From the NCBI RefSeq assembly GCF_002945325.1, contig NZ_CP026606.1, forward strand, positions 1,410,001 through 1,442,000: DNA of 32,000 bases. Reading direction: 5' to 3'. How positions within the stretch are numbered: position 1 is the first letter of the stretch; the number at the start of each line of letters is the position of its first letter. The notes below the pieces were generated by a model, which worked only from the letters and a program-made list of their open reading frames with translations, ran no database searches and was not told the DNA's origin. This DNA is from Methanococcus maripaludis (GTDB lineage: Archaea > AGJL01 > Methanococci > Methanococcales > Methanococcaceae). Below are positions 18,171 through 27,733 of the stretch, in pieces. The position numbers and the translations under genes were made by a program.

Positions 18171-18216
18171 CTTACTGTAAACTTTATTATTCTCAAAAAC
18201 GAAAAAGGGCATGATT

Positions 18217-19890
18217 ATGGTATCATTACTTACTAAATTTGTTAAAACGACGGAATTTGAGTCATACGAAGATTTTGTGGAAAATTTTAAGATAGATGTT
18301 CCAGAAAATTTTAACTTTGCTTATGACATCGTTGATGAATATGCAAAAATTGCGCCGGAAAAGATTGCAATCATATGGTGTGACGATAACAACGATGAAA
18401 AAATCTTTACATTTAATGATATGAAGAAATACAGTGATAAAGCAGCTAATTTCTTTTTAAAACACGGTATTAAAAAGGGAGATACTGTAATGCTCACTTT
18501 AAAGAGCAGGTACGAATTCTGGTTTTGCATGCTTGGACTTCATAAAATTGGGGCTGTCGCAATTCCTGCAACACACATGCTTACAACAAAAGACATCGTG
18601 TACAGGATTGAAAAAGCAGGCTTAAAAATGATAGTCTGTATCGGTGAAAACGGGGTTCCAGAATATGTTGATGAAGCAGTATCTGAAATTAATTCAGATG
18701 TTTTAAAAGCATGTGTTTCAAATTTAAACAATGATAGTTGGATTGATATTTCAAAAGAATTGGAAGAATCATCAGAAGACTTTACAAGGCCTGTTGGAGA
18801 AATGGATACTAAAAATGACGATGTATTAGTTGCATATTTTTCATCAGGAACAACAGGATATCCAAAATTAATTCAACACGACCACGAATATCCTTTAGGA
18901 CATATTACGACTGCAAAATACTGGCAAAATGTTGAAGATGATGGACTTCACTACACTGTTGCAGACAGCGGATGGGCAAAGTGTATCTGGGGAAAACTCT
19001 ACGGACAGTGGATTGCAGGAACTGCAGTATTTGTCTACGACTACGACAGATTTGATGCAGGAAACATGCTTGAAAAAATTGCAAAATATAAAATTACAAC
19101 GTTCTGCGCACCACCTACAATTTACAGGTTCATGATTAAACAGGATATTTCAAAAGCAGACTTTTCAAGTTTACACTACGCAGTAACTGCTGGAGAACCT
19201 CTAAACCCTGAAGTTTACAACAAATTTTTGGAGTTTACAGGACTTAGGCTAATGGAAGGATTTGGGCAGACTGAAACTGTTGTATCTGTTGCAAACTTTA
19301 CATGGATGGATCCAAAACCCGGATCAATGGGAAAACCAGTGCCAATTTTTGATTTAATGATAAAAGGGCCAGATGGAAAAGAATGTGATGTAGGTGAAGA
19401 AGGAGAACTTGCATTCAAAACAGAAGATGGAAAACCTCTTGGTCTTTTCTCAGGATACTTTAAAGACCCTGAAAGAACTAAAAAAGCCTGGTACGATGGA
19501 TATTACCATACTGGGGATACTGCATGGAAAGATGAAGATGGATACCTCTGGTTTGTTGGAAGAAACGACGATTTAATCAAAAGTTCGGGTTACAGAATCG
19601 GTCCTTTTGAAGTAGAAAGTGCACTTATTTCACACCCGGCAGTACTTGAATGTGCAATAACTGGAGTACCGGACCCAGTAAGGGGCCAGATTGTTAAAGC
19701 TACAATTGTTTTAACGTCTGAATATCAAGCAAGTGAAGAACTCAAAAAAGAACTTCAAGACCACGTTAAACACAACACTGCCCCATACAAATACCCTCGA
19801 GCTATTGAATTTGTAAAAGAACTCCCAAAAACAATCAGCGGGAAAATCAGGCGTGTAGAAATCCGGGAAACTGATGAAAAAAATAAATAA
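18217..19890 (+). CDS. AMP-forming acyl-CoA synthetase (acetyl-/medium-chain-like)
   Basis: AMP-binding motif [62 protein letters not shown] and [17 protein letters not shown] 18217 gives better spacing to aaaaaggg than the track's 18211. Confidence 0.92.
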   Translation: MVSLLTKFVKTTEFESYEDFVENFKIDVPENFNFAYDIVDEYAKIAPEKIAIIWCDDNNDEKIFTFNDMKKYSDKAANFFLKHGIKKGDTVMLTLKSRYEFWFCMLGLHKIGAVAIPATHMLTTKDIVYRIEKAGLKMIVCIGENGVPEYVDEAVSEINSDVLKACVSNLNNDSWIDISKELEESSEDFTRPVGEMDTKNDDVLVAYFSSGTTGYPKLIQHDHEYPLGHITTAKYWQNVEDDGLHYTVADSGWAKCIWGKLYGQWIAGTAVFVYDYDRFDAGNMLEKIAKYKITTFCAPPTIYRFMIKQDISKADFSSLHYAVTAGEPLNPEVYNKFLEFTGLRLMEGFGQTETVVSVANFTWMDPKPGSMGKPVPIFDLMIKGPDGKECDVGEEGELAFKTEDGKPLGLFSGYFKDPERTKKAWYDGYYHTGDTAWKDEDGYLWFVGRNDDLIKSSGYRIGPFEVESALISHPAVLECAITGVPDPVRGQIVKATIVLTSEYQASEELKKELQDHVKHNTAPYKYPRAIEFVKELPKTISGKIRRVEIRETDEKNK

Positions 19891-19973
19891 TTAACTATCA
19901 TAAAAAATTATTTTTTTTAAGGTACATTGATCGAAAAATTATTTTTAAAATTTAACTAAGAAAAGATGAAATT

Positions 19974-20213
19974 ATGGAATGTTCTACAAAAAAACCCTAT
20001 CCTGTAATTAATGCTCTTGAATGCAAAGCATGTGAAAGATGTATAATTGCATGTCCAAAAGACGTCTTAAAAATGAGTAAAGACTGCAATGAAAGAGGAT
20101 ATAATTACGTAATTTACACTGGCGAAGGATGTACTGGCTGTGGAAACTGCTACTACACCTGCCCAGAACCTTTAGCAATAGAAGTACACATCCCGCTTAA
20201 AAAGTGCGAATAG
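19974..20213 (+). CDS. 2-oxoacid:ferredoxin oxidoreductase, 4Fe-4S (delta-type) subunit
   Basis: Two 4Fe-4S motifs, [12 protein letters not shown] and [12 protein letters not shown], directly upstream of and co-oriented with the other subunits. Confidence 0.87.
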   Translation: MECSTKKPYPVINALECKACERCIIACPKDVLKMSKDCNERGYNYVIYTGEGCTGCGNCYYTCPEPLAIEVHIPLKKCE

Positions 20214-20223
20214 AGGAGATATT

Positions 20224-21279
20224 ATGGCAACACAACTTGTAAAAGGAAACACTGCTGTTATTGTCGGAGCCATGTATGCAGGATGTGACTGTTACTTTGG
20301 ATACCCGATAACACCTGCAAGTGAAGTACTTCACGAAGCTTCAAAATACTTCCCAATGGTTGGAAGGAAGTTTGTTCAGGCAGAATCAGAAGAAGCTGCA
20401 ATAAATATGGTTTACGGTGCGGCATCAACTGGAAAAAGAGTGTTATGTGCTACATCAGGTCCAGGAATGAGTTTAAAACAAGAAGGAATCTCATTTTTAG
20501 CAGGTTCTGAACTTCCATGTGTTCTTGTAAATGTGCAGAGGGCAGGCCCGGGTCTTGGAAACATCGGACCAGAACAGGCTGATTACAATCAGGCTGTAAA
20601 AGGTGGGGGACACGGAAACTATAAAAATATAGTTTTAGCTCCAAATTCAGTTCAAGAAATGTGTGATTTTACAGCAAAAGCATTTGAACTTTCAACAAAG
20701 TACAAAAACCCGGTAATTGTTCTTTCAGATGGTGTTTTAGGTCAGATGGTTGAGCCATTAAAATTCCCAGAACAGGCCATAAAACCTGAAATCGACGAAA
20801 GTTGGGCAGTCTGCGGAACAAAAGAAACAAGGAAAAATTTGGTTACTTCAATCTTTTTAGATTTTAAACAACTTGAAGAATTTAACTACAAATTACAGGA
20901 TAAATACGAAATAATTAAAGAAAATGAACAAGATTTTGAAGGATACATGCTAGATGATGCTGAAATTATCCTTGTTTCATACGGAATAAGCAGCAGAATT
21001 TCAAAAACTGCTGTAGACGTTGCAAGAAAAGAAGGATTAAAAGTAGGATTATTCAGGCCGAAAACCCTATTTCCGTTCCCAGAAAAAGAAATGAACAAAC
21101 TTGCAGAGAAAAAATGCACATTTATTTCAGTTGAAATGAGCAACGGTCAAATGGCAGAAGATATTAAACTTGCAACATGCTGTAAAAGGCCAGTTGAACT
21201 TGTAAACCGGCTTGGCGGAAATTTAATTGAAGTTGATCAGATTTTAGCTAAAATTAAAGAAATTGCAGGAGGCAACTAA
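20224..21279 (+). CDS. vorB: 2-oxoacid:ferredoxin oxidoreductase, VorB-like (2-oxoisovalerate:ferredoxin oxidoreductase) subunit
   Basis: [44 protein letters not shown]...[39 protein letters not shown] is the VorB/KorA-type pyrimidine-binding subunit. Confidence 0.85.
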   Translation: MATQLVKGNTAVIVGAMYAGCDCYFGYPITPASEVLHEASKYFPMVGRKFVQAESEEAAINMVYGAASTGKRVLCATSGPGMSLKQEGISFLAGSELPCVLVNVQRAGPGLGNIGPEQADYNQAVKGGGHGNYKNIVLAPNSVQEMCDFTAKAFELSTKYKNPVIVLSDGVLGQMVEPLKFPEQAIKPEIDESWAVCGTKETRKNLVTSIFLDFKQLEEFNYKLQDKYEIIKENEQDFEGYMLDDAEIILVSYGISSRISKTAVDVARKEGLKVGLFRPKTLFPFPEKEMNKLAEKKCTFISVEMSNGQMAEDIKLATCCKRPVELVNRLGGNLIEVDQILAKIKEIAGGN

Positions 21280-21280
21280 A

Positions 21281-22720
21281 ATGACAGAAATTACGGAAAA
21301 AGTTTTAAAAAAGCCAAATGCAATGCCTGAAATCTTTGAAAGAAAGGGCGGTTCTGCACCAACTGCAACGCACTACTGTGCAGGCTGTGGACACGGAATA
21401 ATCCATAAATTAATGGCAGAAGCAATCGATCAACTTGAAATACAGGATAGATGTGTTTTAATCAGTCCAGTTGGCTGCGCAGTATTTGCATACTATTACT
21501 TTGACTGCGGAAATATTCAAGTTGCTCACGGAAGAGCTCCTGCAGTTGGAACCGGTGTTTCAAGAGCAGAAGACAACGCAATTGTAATGTCGTACCAGGG
21601 AGATGGGGATTTAGCATCAATCGGGCTAAATGAAACAATCCAAGCAGCAAACCGTGGAGAAAAAATGGCTGTATTTTTCGTAAACAACACCGTTTACGGA
21701 ATGACTGGCGGACAGATGGCCCCAACAACACTTATCGGTGAAAAAACCGTAACTTGTCAGACTGGAAGGGATCCAAGATTTGCAGGCTATCCAATTCATA
21801 TGTGTGAACTTTTAAGCAGTCTGAAAGCTCCAGTATTTATTGAAAGAGTTTCTGTTTCAGACATTGCACACATAAGAAAGGCAAAACGTGCTATCAAAAA
21901 AGCTCTTGAAATTCAAAGAGATGGAAAAGGATATGCATTTGTTGAAATATTATCCCCTTGCCCAACAAACTTAAAACAAAATGCAGAAGCTGCTGAAAAG
22001 TTCATAAACGAAGAGATGGAAAAAGAATTTCCATTACAAAACTTCAGAGACAGAAGTGCTGAAGTTGAAACATTGAATAGGGGAGAGAGCGACTTTTCAA
22101 AAGAATGCCTTGATAATATATTTGAAGTAAATTCAAAAGGTTCAGAAGATCCATCAAAAGACGATTCTTTCGAAGAAAAACTTGTAAAAATTGCAGGATT
22201 TGGTGGACAGGGAGTTTTGAGTATGGGTTTAACTCTCGCAGAAGCTGCGTGTAGGGCCCAAAAATACGTTTCCTGGTACCCTTCATACGGTCCAGAACAA
22301 AGAGGTGGAACTTCAAACTGTTCGGTTATCATTTCAGGACAGGAAATTGGATCTCCTGTTGTGTACAACCCCGGAGTTTTAATTGCGCTCAATAAACCTT
22401 CACTTGAAAACTTTGCAAAAGACGTGAAAGTTGGCGGAACAATAATTTACGATGAAAATATCGGTGAATTTGAAATTCCAAACGGAGTTACTGCAATAAA
22501 AGTTCCAGCTTCAAAAATCGCAACTGAAATGGGCGTTTCAAGAGCTGCAAATACAGTAATGCTCGGAGTTTTGGCGGAAATTGGATACACCGGACTTTCT
22601 GAATCCGTATTTGTTGGTGCAATAGAACAGACATTCTCAAAAAAACCTAAATTAATTCCAATAAACGTTGAAATATTAAATGCAGGAATTGCATGGGCTA
22701 AAGAAAATTTGGCCTTATAA
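21281..22720 (+). CDS. 2-oxoacid:ferredoxin oxidoreductase, fused TPP-binding (VorA-like) and gamma (VorG-like) subunit
   Basis: N-terminal [20 protein letters not shown]...VAFYYF/GDGD TPP motifs, then from about 22181 [21 protein letters not shown]...[18 protein letters not shown] gamma-domain motifs. Start set to ATG 21281 after ggagg, not the track's 21263. Confidence 0.9.
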   Translation: MTEITEKVLKKPNAMPEIFERKGGSAPTATHYCAGCGHGIIHKLMAEAIDQLEIQDRCVLISPVGCAVFAYYYFDCGNIQVAHGRAPAVGTGVSRAEDNAIVMSYQGDGDLASIGLNETIQAANRGEKMAVFFVNNTVYGMTGGQMAPTTLIGEKTVTCQTGRDPRFAGYPIHMCELLSSLKAPVFIERVSVSDIAHIRKAKRAIKKALEIQRDGKGYAFVEILSPCPTNLKQNAEAAEKFINEEMEKEFPLQNFRDRSAEVETLNRGESDFSKECLDNIFEVNSKGSEDPSKDDSFEEKLVKIAGFGGQGVLSMGLTLAEAACRAQKYVSWYPSYGPEQRGGTSNCSVIISGQEIGSPVVYNPGVLIALNKPSLENFAKDVKVGGTIIYDENIGEFEIPNGVTAIKVPASKIATEMGVSRAANTVMLGVLAEIGYTGLSESVFVGAIEQTFSKKPKLIPINVEILNAGIAWAKENLAL

Positions 22721-22802
22721 TTAATTTTTTTGATTATCAATCAATTTTTCAAAATATTCTAATTATTCATATTCTTTATTTTTAATCGAATGGGGCGATA
22801 TC

Positions 22803-24119
22803 ATGCAGTTTAAATCAGAATTACCTCCGGTGCAGGTTGCGCTTGATCTTGTTGATCTTCCAAGGGCAATAGAAATTGCAAAAGAAGCAGTTTTAGGCGG
22901 GGCTACATGGGTTGAGGCTGGAACTCCACTAATAAAATCCGAAGGAATGAATGCAATTCGAGAACTTAGAAAAAACTTCCCAAATCTTACAATCGTTGCA
23001 GACATGAAAACAATGGATGCAGGAAGCACGGAAGTTGAAATGGCTGCAAAAGCAGGTGCAAATGTTATATTGATATTGGGCGTTGGTCCAGATTCAATGA
23101 TAATAGATGCTGTAAAAGCTGGAAAAAAATATGGAGTTTTAGTTGGAACTGATTTGATTGCAACGGAAGACCCGGTAAAACGGGCAGTTGAACTCGAAGA
23201 AATGGGTGTAGATATTATAAATATCCACGTGGGACTCGATCAGCAAGTTTTAAATGTTGATCCTGTTGAACTTGTAAAAAGAGTTTCTGAAAACTGTAAA
23301 AAAGCAAAAATTGCAGCAGCAGGTGGTTTAAACAGCGAAACTGCTGTAAAAGCATACGAAGCAGGAGCAGATATAATTATTGCGGGAGGAACGTTATATA
23401 AGTCCGCAGACCCTGAACAAACTGCAAGAGATATTGTAAAAAGTCTTGAAACTGGAAAACCTGTAAAAACGGATAAATTTAAGAAATTTAATAAAGATGA
23501 ACTTGCAAATGCGTTTGATGTTGTAAGTACTTCAAATATAAGCGATGCAATGCATAGAACTGGAGAAATGAAAGGTTTAAAACCAGTTTGGAACTCTGAA
23601 AAACCTTTAAAATTTGCAGGACCTGCAGTTACAGTTAGAACTTACTCTGGAGATTGGAGTAAACCTGTAAGTGCGATAGATGAATGTGTTGCAGGAAATG
23701 TTTTAGTAATTGACAACTGCAGTTCTGAAATTGCCTGCTGGGGCGGACTTGCAACGCTTTCATGCAAAACCAAAGGCTTAGTTGCAATTGTAATAGATGG
23801 TGCTGTTAGAGATGTCGAAGAAATTTTAAAAATTGGAATTCCAGTATTTTCAAGAAGTATAACTCCAACTGCGGGAGAGCCAAAAGGATTTGGGGAAATA
23901 AATGCTGTAATTGAATGTGCTGGAAGAACTGTTGAACCTGGAGACTGGATTGTCGGGGATGAAAATGGAATTATTGTAGTTCCAAAAAATGAGGCAATGG
24001 AAATTGCAAACAGGGCAATCGATGTAAAAGAAAGAGAAGATAGAGTTAAAGAAGAGATAACGCGTGGAACAACGCTTGCAAAAACAATAAGGTTAAAAGA
24101 TTGGGAATTGAAAAAATAA
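22803..24119 (+). CDS. Bifunctional 3-hexulose-6-phosphate synthase / RraA-like domain protein
   Basis: The N-terminal half (LPPVQVALDLVDLPRAIEIAKEAV, LTIVADMKTMDAG, VLVGTDLIATEDP) is Hps-like. From about 23490 (DELANAFDVVSTSNISDAMHRTGEMKG, VLVIDNC, WGGLATLSCKTKGLVAIVIDGAVRDVEEI) it is RraA-like. Confidence 0.9.
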   Translation: MQFKSELPPVQVALDLVDLPRAIEIAKEAVLGGATWVEAGTPLIKSEGMNAIRELRKNFPNLTIVADMKTMDAGSTEVEMAAKAGANVILILGVGPDSMIIDAVKAGKKYGVLVGTDLIATEDPVKRAVELEEMGVDIINIHVGLDQQVLNVDPVELVKRVSENCKKAKIAAAGGLNSETAVKAYEAGADIIIAGGTLYKSADPEQTARDIVKSLETGKPVKTDKFKKFNKDELANAFDVVSTSNISDAMHRTGEMKGLKPVWNSEKPLKFAGPAVTVRTYSGDWSKPVSAIDECVAGNVLVIDNCSSEIACWGGLATLSCKTKGLVAIVIDGAVRDVEEILKIGIPVFSRSITPTAGEPKGFGEINAVIECAGRTVEPGDWIVGDENGIIVVPKNEAMEIANRAIDVKEREDRVKEEITRGTTLAKTIRLKDWELKK

Positions 24120-24158
24120 AATGGACATTTAATATTTTATTTTAAAATTAATTTATAT

Positions 24159-24449
24159 TTAGATTTCTTTTAAAAATTCCAATTCTTTTGAAGTTAACGA
24201 AGGAGTAAATTCGATTATTTCGTAGTCATAAATCTCATTGATGTAGAATGGGTCATCTTTTAACATATCAAGTACTTCTTCTTTGGTTTTAACATTTGAG
24301 ATGATTACTCCGCCAGTTCTTGGAACTTTTCTGCCGGATGCTAATAACTTTTGAAGTTCATAGTTTTTCTTTAAAAATTCAATATGTTCAGCCAAATATT
24401 TTTCAACGACTTCAATTGGTTTTTTGTACGTTACAGAAATTATAAACAT
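24159..24449 (-). CDS. YciI-like family protein
   Basis: MFIISVTYKKPIEVVEKYLAEHIEFLKKNYELQKLLASGRKVPRTGGVIISNV...DPFYINEIYDYEIIEF. Start set to ATG 24449, with GGAGG upstream on the minus strand. Confidence 0.78.
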   Translation of the reverse strand: MFIISVTYKKPIEVVEKYLAEHIEFLKKNYELQKLLASGRKVPRTGGVIISNVKTKEEVLDMLKDDPFYINEIYDYEIIEFTPSLTSKELEFLKEI

Positions 24450-24466
24450 GAGTTTAACCTCCAACT

Positions 24467-25483
24467 TTAAATTTTTCTTAATTTTTGGTAAACGTCTAAA
24501 AGGCCGATACAGCCTGTAATCATTACATCTCCTCCAGGATATGCATAATTACCGTAATTTTTAAATAATTCTCTGTTTGGCCCTGCAATAAGCACTGATT
24601 CAGGTTCAGTTTTACAAGTTACGCATGCACCGTGGCCGTTGTCGTTATATATATCCTCATTTTTTAAAGATCCATTGCATGTTCTTTCAACAATGTCTTT
24701 TAATTTTTGATCGTCGATTAATCTTGTATGGTGTTCAAAAAGGCCGTTAATTTTTTGATTTTGCATTGAAACTCCCAAAGTATGGCCGTTTCCAATGTCA
24801 AGGCCGATAAATTCATTAATATTATTTTCATTTGCATAATTTAAAATACCGCAAACCGATGCCATTTTGCTGTCCATTACAAATCCTTTGTATTTATTTT
24901 CACCAAGGGTATTTAAAATGGATTCAAATCGCGAAAAATTGTCTGTTTTATACTTTTTATTATCAAAATAAAATTCATACGGGTCTTTTGTTTCATTTAA
25001 CTTTTTTTCAAAATATTTAAATCGGGTGATCCGATCACTCTGTCCTTTTACAAATCCGTGATCTTGACATGCTACACAAACAACTTCAGGAGAGAAATCC
25101 TGTCCCATCGAAGAAAATATTGTTTTTAACATTTCAAAATCTAAATCTTCTAAATTTACATTTGGATTTTCAATATTTTCTTTTATAACAATTCCTTTTT
25201 CCCTAACTTCGTCTAAGTCGTCTCTAATTGTTCTCGCACACTGTTCGGAAATTTCTACTTTGTATCCTTTTTTTAATTTCTGCATTATTGCAAATGAAAC
25301 TGGGCCTCCTCCCATTAATTTTCCGTCAATTCTTAAATCTTCTTTCAATTTCATAATTTTTCGAGAAATAATCGTTGTAGGGGAAGGTAGTATTAATTTA
25401 ATTGCATTTTCAACGTTTTTTTTAGTGTCAAAGTATAAAATGTCCTGAGTTCCTTTTCCAATATCGATGCACAAAATATTCAA
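24467..25483 (-). CDS. DUF1786 family protein (ASKHA/actin-like fold candidate)
   Basis: LCIDIGKGTQDILYF and FIGLDIGNGHTLGVSM are phosphate-loop-like motifs typical of DUF1786, and it has a GHGACVTCKTEPESVLIAGPNRELF C-terminal segment. A TTG start at 25483 after ggtg is plausible; the track gives 25504. Confidence 0.72.
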   Translation of the reverse strand: MNILCIDIGKGTQDILYFDTKKNVENAIKLILPSPTTIISRKIMKLKEDLRIDGKLMGGGPVSFAIMQKLKKGYKVEISEQCARTIRDDLDEVREKGIVIKENIENPNVNLEDLDFEMLKTIFSSMGQDFSPEVVCVACQDHGFVKGQSDRITRFKYFEKKLNETKDPYEFYFDNKKYKTDNFSRFESILNTLGENKYKGFVMDSKMASVCGILNYANENNINEFIGLDIGNGHTLGVSMQNQKINGLFEHHTRLIDDQKLKDIVERTCNGSLKNEDIYNDNGHGACVTCKTEPESVLIAGPNRELFKNYGNYAYPGGDVMITGCIGLLDVYQKLRKI

Positions 25484-25621
25484 AGTAATCACCTTAAATG
25501 ACATTTTTTGATAAATGTTAATTATATTTGATGATACTATTACACTTCTATATTTTAAGATTTTTTATTTATATCATGAATTTTATAGTTGTCCTTGCTT
25601 TTAATTGATTTTTGTGAAACT

Positions 25622-26332
25622 ATGAGAATTTTAGATATTGATCTGGACTTTTTCTTAAATAAAATTGCATTTTGGAAAAAAGGAAACAAAAGACTCGACG
25701 AAAAAGAGTATGTCGTTTGGAAAAAAGATAAATTTATCGACTTTTTAGAAAACAACAGTAATTTATCGAAAAATAATAAAATAAAAGGAAGAATTGTTAA
25801 AAAACACCACGAAGCTTTTTATTTTTGGAGAGAACTTATCGAAAAAAATGAACTCGAAACTCCCTTTGAAGTTGTTCACATCGATGCTCATGCTGATCTT
25901 GGGCTTGGGGACTTTTCCTACAAATATATCATGGAAGAATTGCTTCACAAACCCGTTGAAAAAAGAAATGATCCTGAAATGATGTATGAAGGAAATTATC
26001 TTGCTTTTGCAATTGCAAATCGGTGGATTAGTAATTTAACTTATGTTACACACCCGAAAGGCGGAAATGATCTATTGAATTTTCATTTTAAGAACTACGA
26101 TGTAAAAAGTGAAATTATTCAGCTTAAAAAAACTGAAAAAATAGAAAATGAAATTAAAAATGTAAAAATTTTAGATTTGGAGCCAGAAATTCCTTTAAAA
26201 TTAATATCTGGGAAAGATTACCTTGAAGAAGGAACTTTTGATTATGTTGTATTCAGCATATCTCCAAAATACACTCCAAAAACGATAGATAGATTAATTC
26301 CAATTGTAAAGGAATATATTGAGGAAATTTAG
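25622..26332 (+). CDS. UPF0489 family protein (arginase-like fold)
   Basis: MRILDIDLDFFLNKIAFWKKG and VVHIDAHADLG (metal-binding HxDAHxD-type motif). Start corrected from 25589 to ATG 25622. Confidence 0.78.
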   Translation: MRILDIDLDFFLNKIAFWKKGNKRLDEKEYVVWKKDKFIDFLENNSNLSKNNKIKGRIVKKHHEAFYFWRELIEKNELETPFEVVHIDAHADLGLGDFSYKYIMEELLHKPVEKRNDPEMMYEGNYLAFAIANRWISNLTYVTHPKGGNDLLNFHFKNYDVKSEIIQLKKTEKIENEIKNVKILDLEPEIPLKLISGKDYLEEGTFDYVVFSISPKYTPKTIDRLIPIVKEYIEEI

Positions 26333-26428
26333 GTATCATTCCTTAAATCTTTCAAGTTTAATTTTTTTATACCATAATGACGTATTTTATTTAATCTTCA
26401 TATTATTTTTATCAAAAAAGGTGGAAAA

Positions 26429-27685
26429 ATGGATATCGGTGATTTTGTAAAACTCGAACTGGAAAACACGACGTATTCTGGAACAGTAATGCCTTCTTTA
26501 AGCGAAGATACTGTTGTAATCAAAATGAAAAGCGGATACAACGTTGGACTCGATAAGAAAAAAATAAAAAATATTGAAATTTTGGAATCAGGAGATAAGC
26601 CAAAATACGGCCTTCCGCCTCTAAATTTAGAAAAAAACCCAAAATTAAAAAATATCTCTATTTTATCAACTGGTGGGACAGTTGCTTCAAGAGTGGACTA
26701 TAAAACAGGAGCAGTTCACCCAGCATTTACCGCAGATGATTTAATTCGGGCAGTTCCTGAATTAATGGATGTTGCAAACATTAAAGGAAAAGTTATTTTG
26801 AATATTTTAAGTGAAAACATGCTTCCAAAGTACTGGGCGATGACTGCAGAAGCGATAAAAGAAGAAATTGAAAACGGGGCTGAGGGAATTGTTATTGCAC
26901 ACGGAACCGACACTATGCACTACACCGCATCAGCACTTTCATTCATGGTAAATTCTGAAGTTCCAATTATTTTAGTTGGTGCTCAAAGAAGTAGTGATAG
27001 GCCTTCTTCAGATGCAGCATTAAACATAATTTCAGCAGTAAAAGCTGCAACTGAACCGATAAAAGGAGTTTATGTACTTATGCACGGTGAAACTGGGGAT
27101 ACAGTATGTCATTTACACGAAGGCACAAAGGTTAGAAAACTTCACTCTTCAAGAAGAGATGCATTTAAATCAGTAAATGAAACTCCAATAGCTGAAATTA
27201 ACCCATTTACAAAAAAAGTAACATATTTAAGGGATGTAAAAAGTCAGGACAAGTCAAAAATCAAAGAAATAGTGTTAAACACAAATTTGGAAGAAAAAGT
27301 TGCTTTAATTAAAGTTTATCCCGGAATTGATTCTGAAATTTTGAAATTTTACGTTGATAAAGGATACAAAGGAATTATTTTGGAAGGAACTGGTCTTGGA
27401 CACACTCCTGAAACCTTTTTTGAAGGAATCGATTACGCAAATGAAAACAATGTTTTAGTTGCAATGACTACACAGACGATCAACGGTCGAGTAAACATGA
27501 ATGTTTATTCAAATGGGCGAGAACTTCAAGCAAAAGGCGTAATTCCTTGTGAAGACATGCTTTCAGAAGTTGCATTTGTTAAATTAATGCATTTGCTTGG
27601 AAATTATGAATTTAAGGAAGCAAAAGAATTAATGTCTAAAAACATTGCCGGAGAAATTAACGAATCTATTAATCTGGAGTGTTAA
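26429..27685 (+). CDS. gatD: Glutamyl-tRNA(Gln) amidotransferase subunit D
   Basis: N-terminal GatD domain plus an L-asparaginase-like domain: [85 protein letters not shown]. Confidence 0.96.
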   Translation: MDIGDFVKLELENTTYSGTVMPSLSEDTVVIKMKSGYNVGLDKKKIKNIEILESGDKPKYGLPPLNLEKNPKLKNISILSTGGTVASRVDYKTGAVHPAFTADDLIRAVPELMDVANIKGKVILNILSENMLPKYWAMTAEAIKEEIENGAEGIVIAHGTDTMHYTASALSFMVNSEVPIILVGAQRSSDRPSSDAALNIISAVKAATEPIKGVYVLMHGETGDTVCHLHEGTKVRKLHSSRRDAFKSVNETPIAEINPFTKKVTYLRDVKSQDKSKIKEIVLNTNLEEKVALIKVYPGIDSEILKFYVDKGYKGIILEGTGLGHTPETFFEGIDYANENNVLVAMTTQTINGRVNMNVYSNGRELQAKGVIPCEDMLSEVAFVKLMHLLGNYEFKEAKELMSKNIAGEINESINLEC

Positions 27686-27733
27686 TTGTTTAAATGGATT
27701 TATTCAGTATTTACTTTGATTTTTGGTGATAAT

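Noticed and set aside
18929-19576. Plus-strand out-of-frame ORFs 18929..19135 and 19394..19576
   Set aside because: They overlap the well-supported acyl-CoA synthetase in another frame.
21462-23029. Minus-strand ORFs in the VOR/Hps region (21462..21731, 21913..22392, 22044..22316, 22447..22740, 22763..23029)
   Set aside because: Antisense shadow ORFs opposite well-supported genes. Only 22447..22740 reaches the intergenic region, and it has no family motif.
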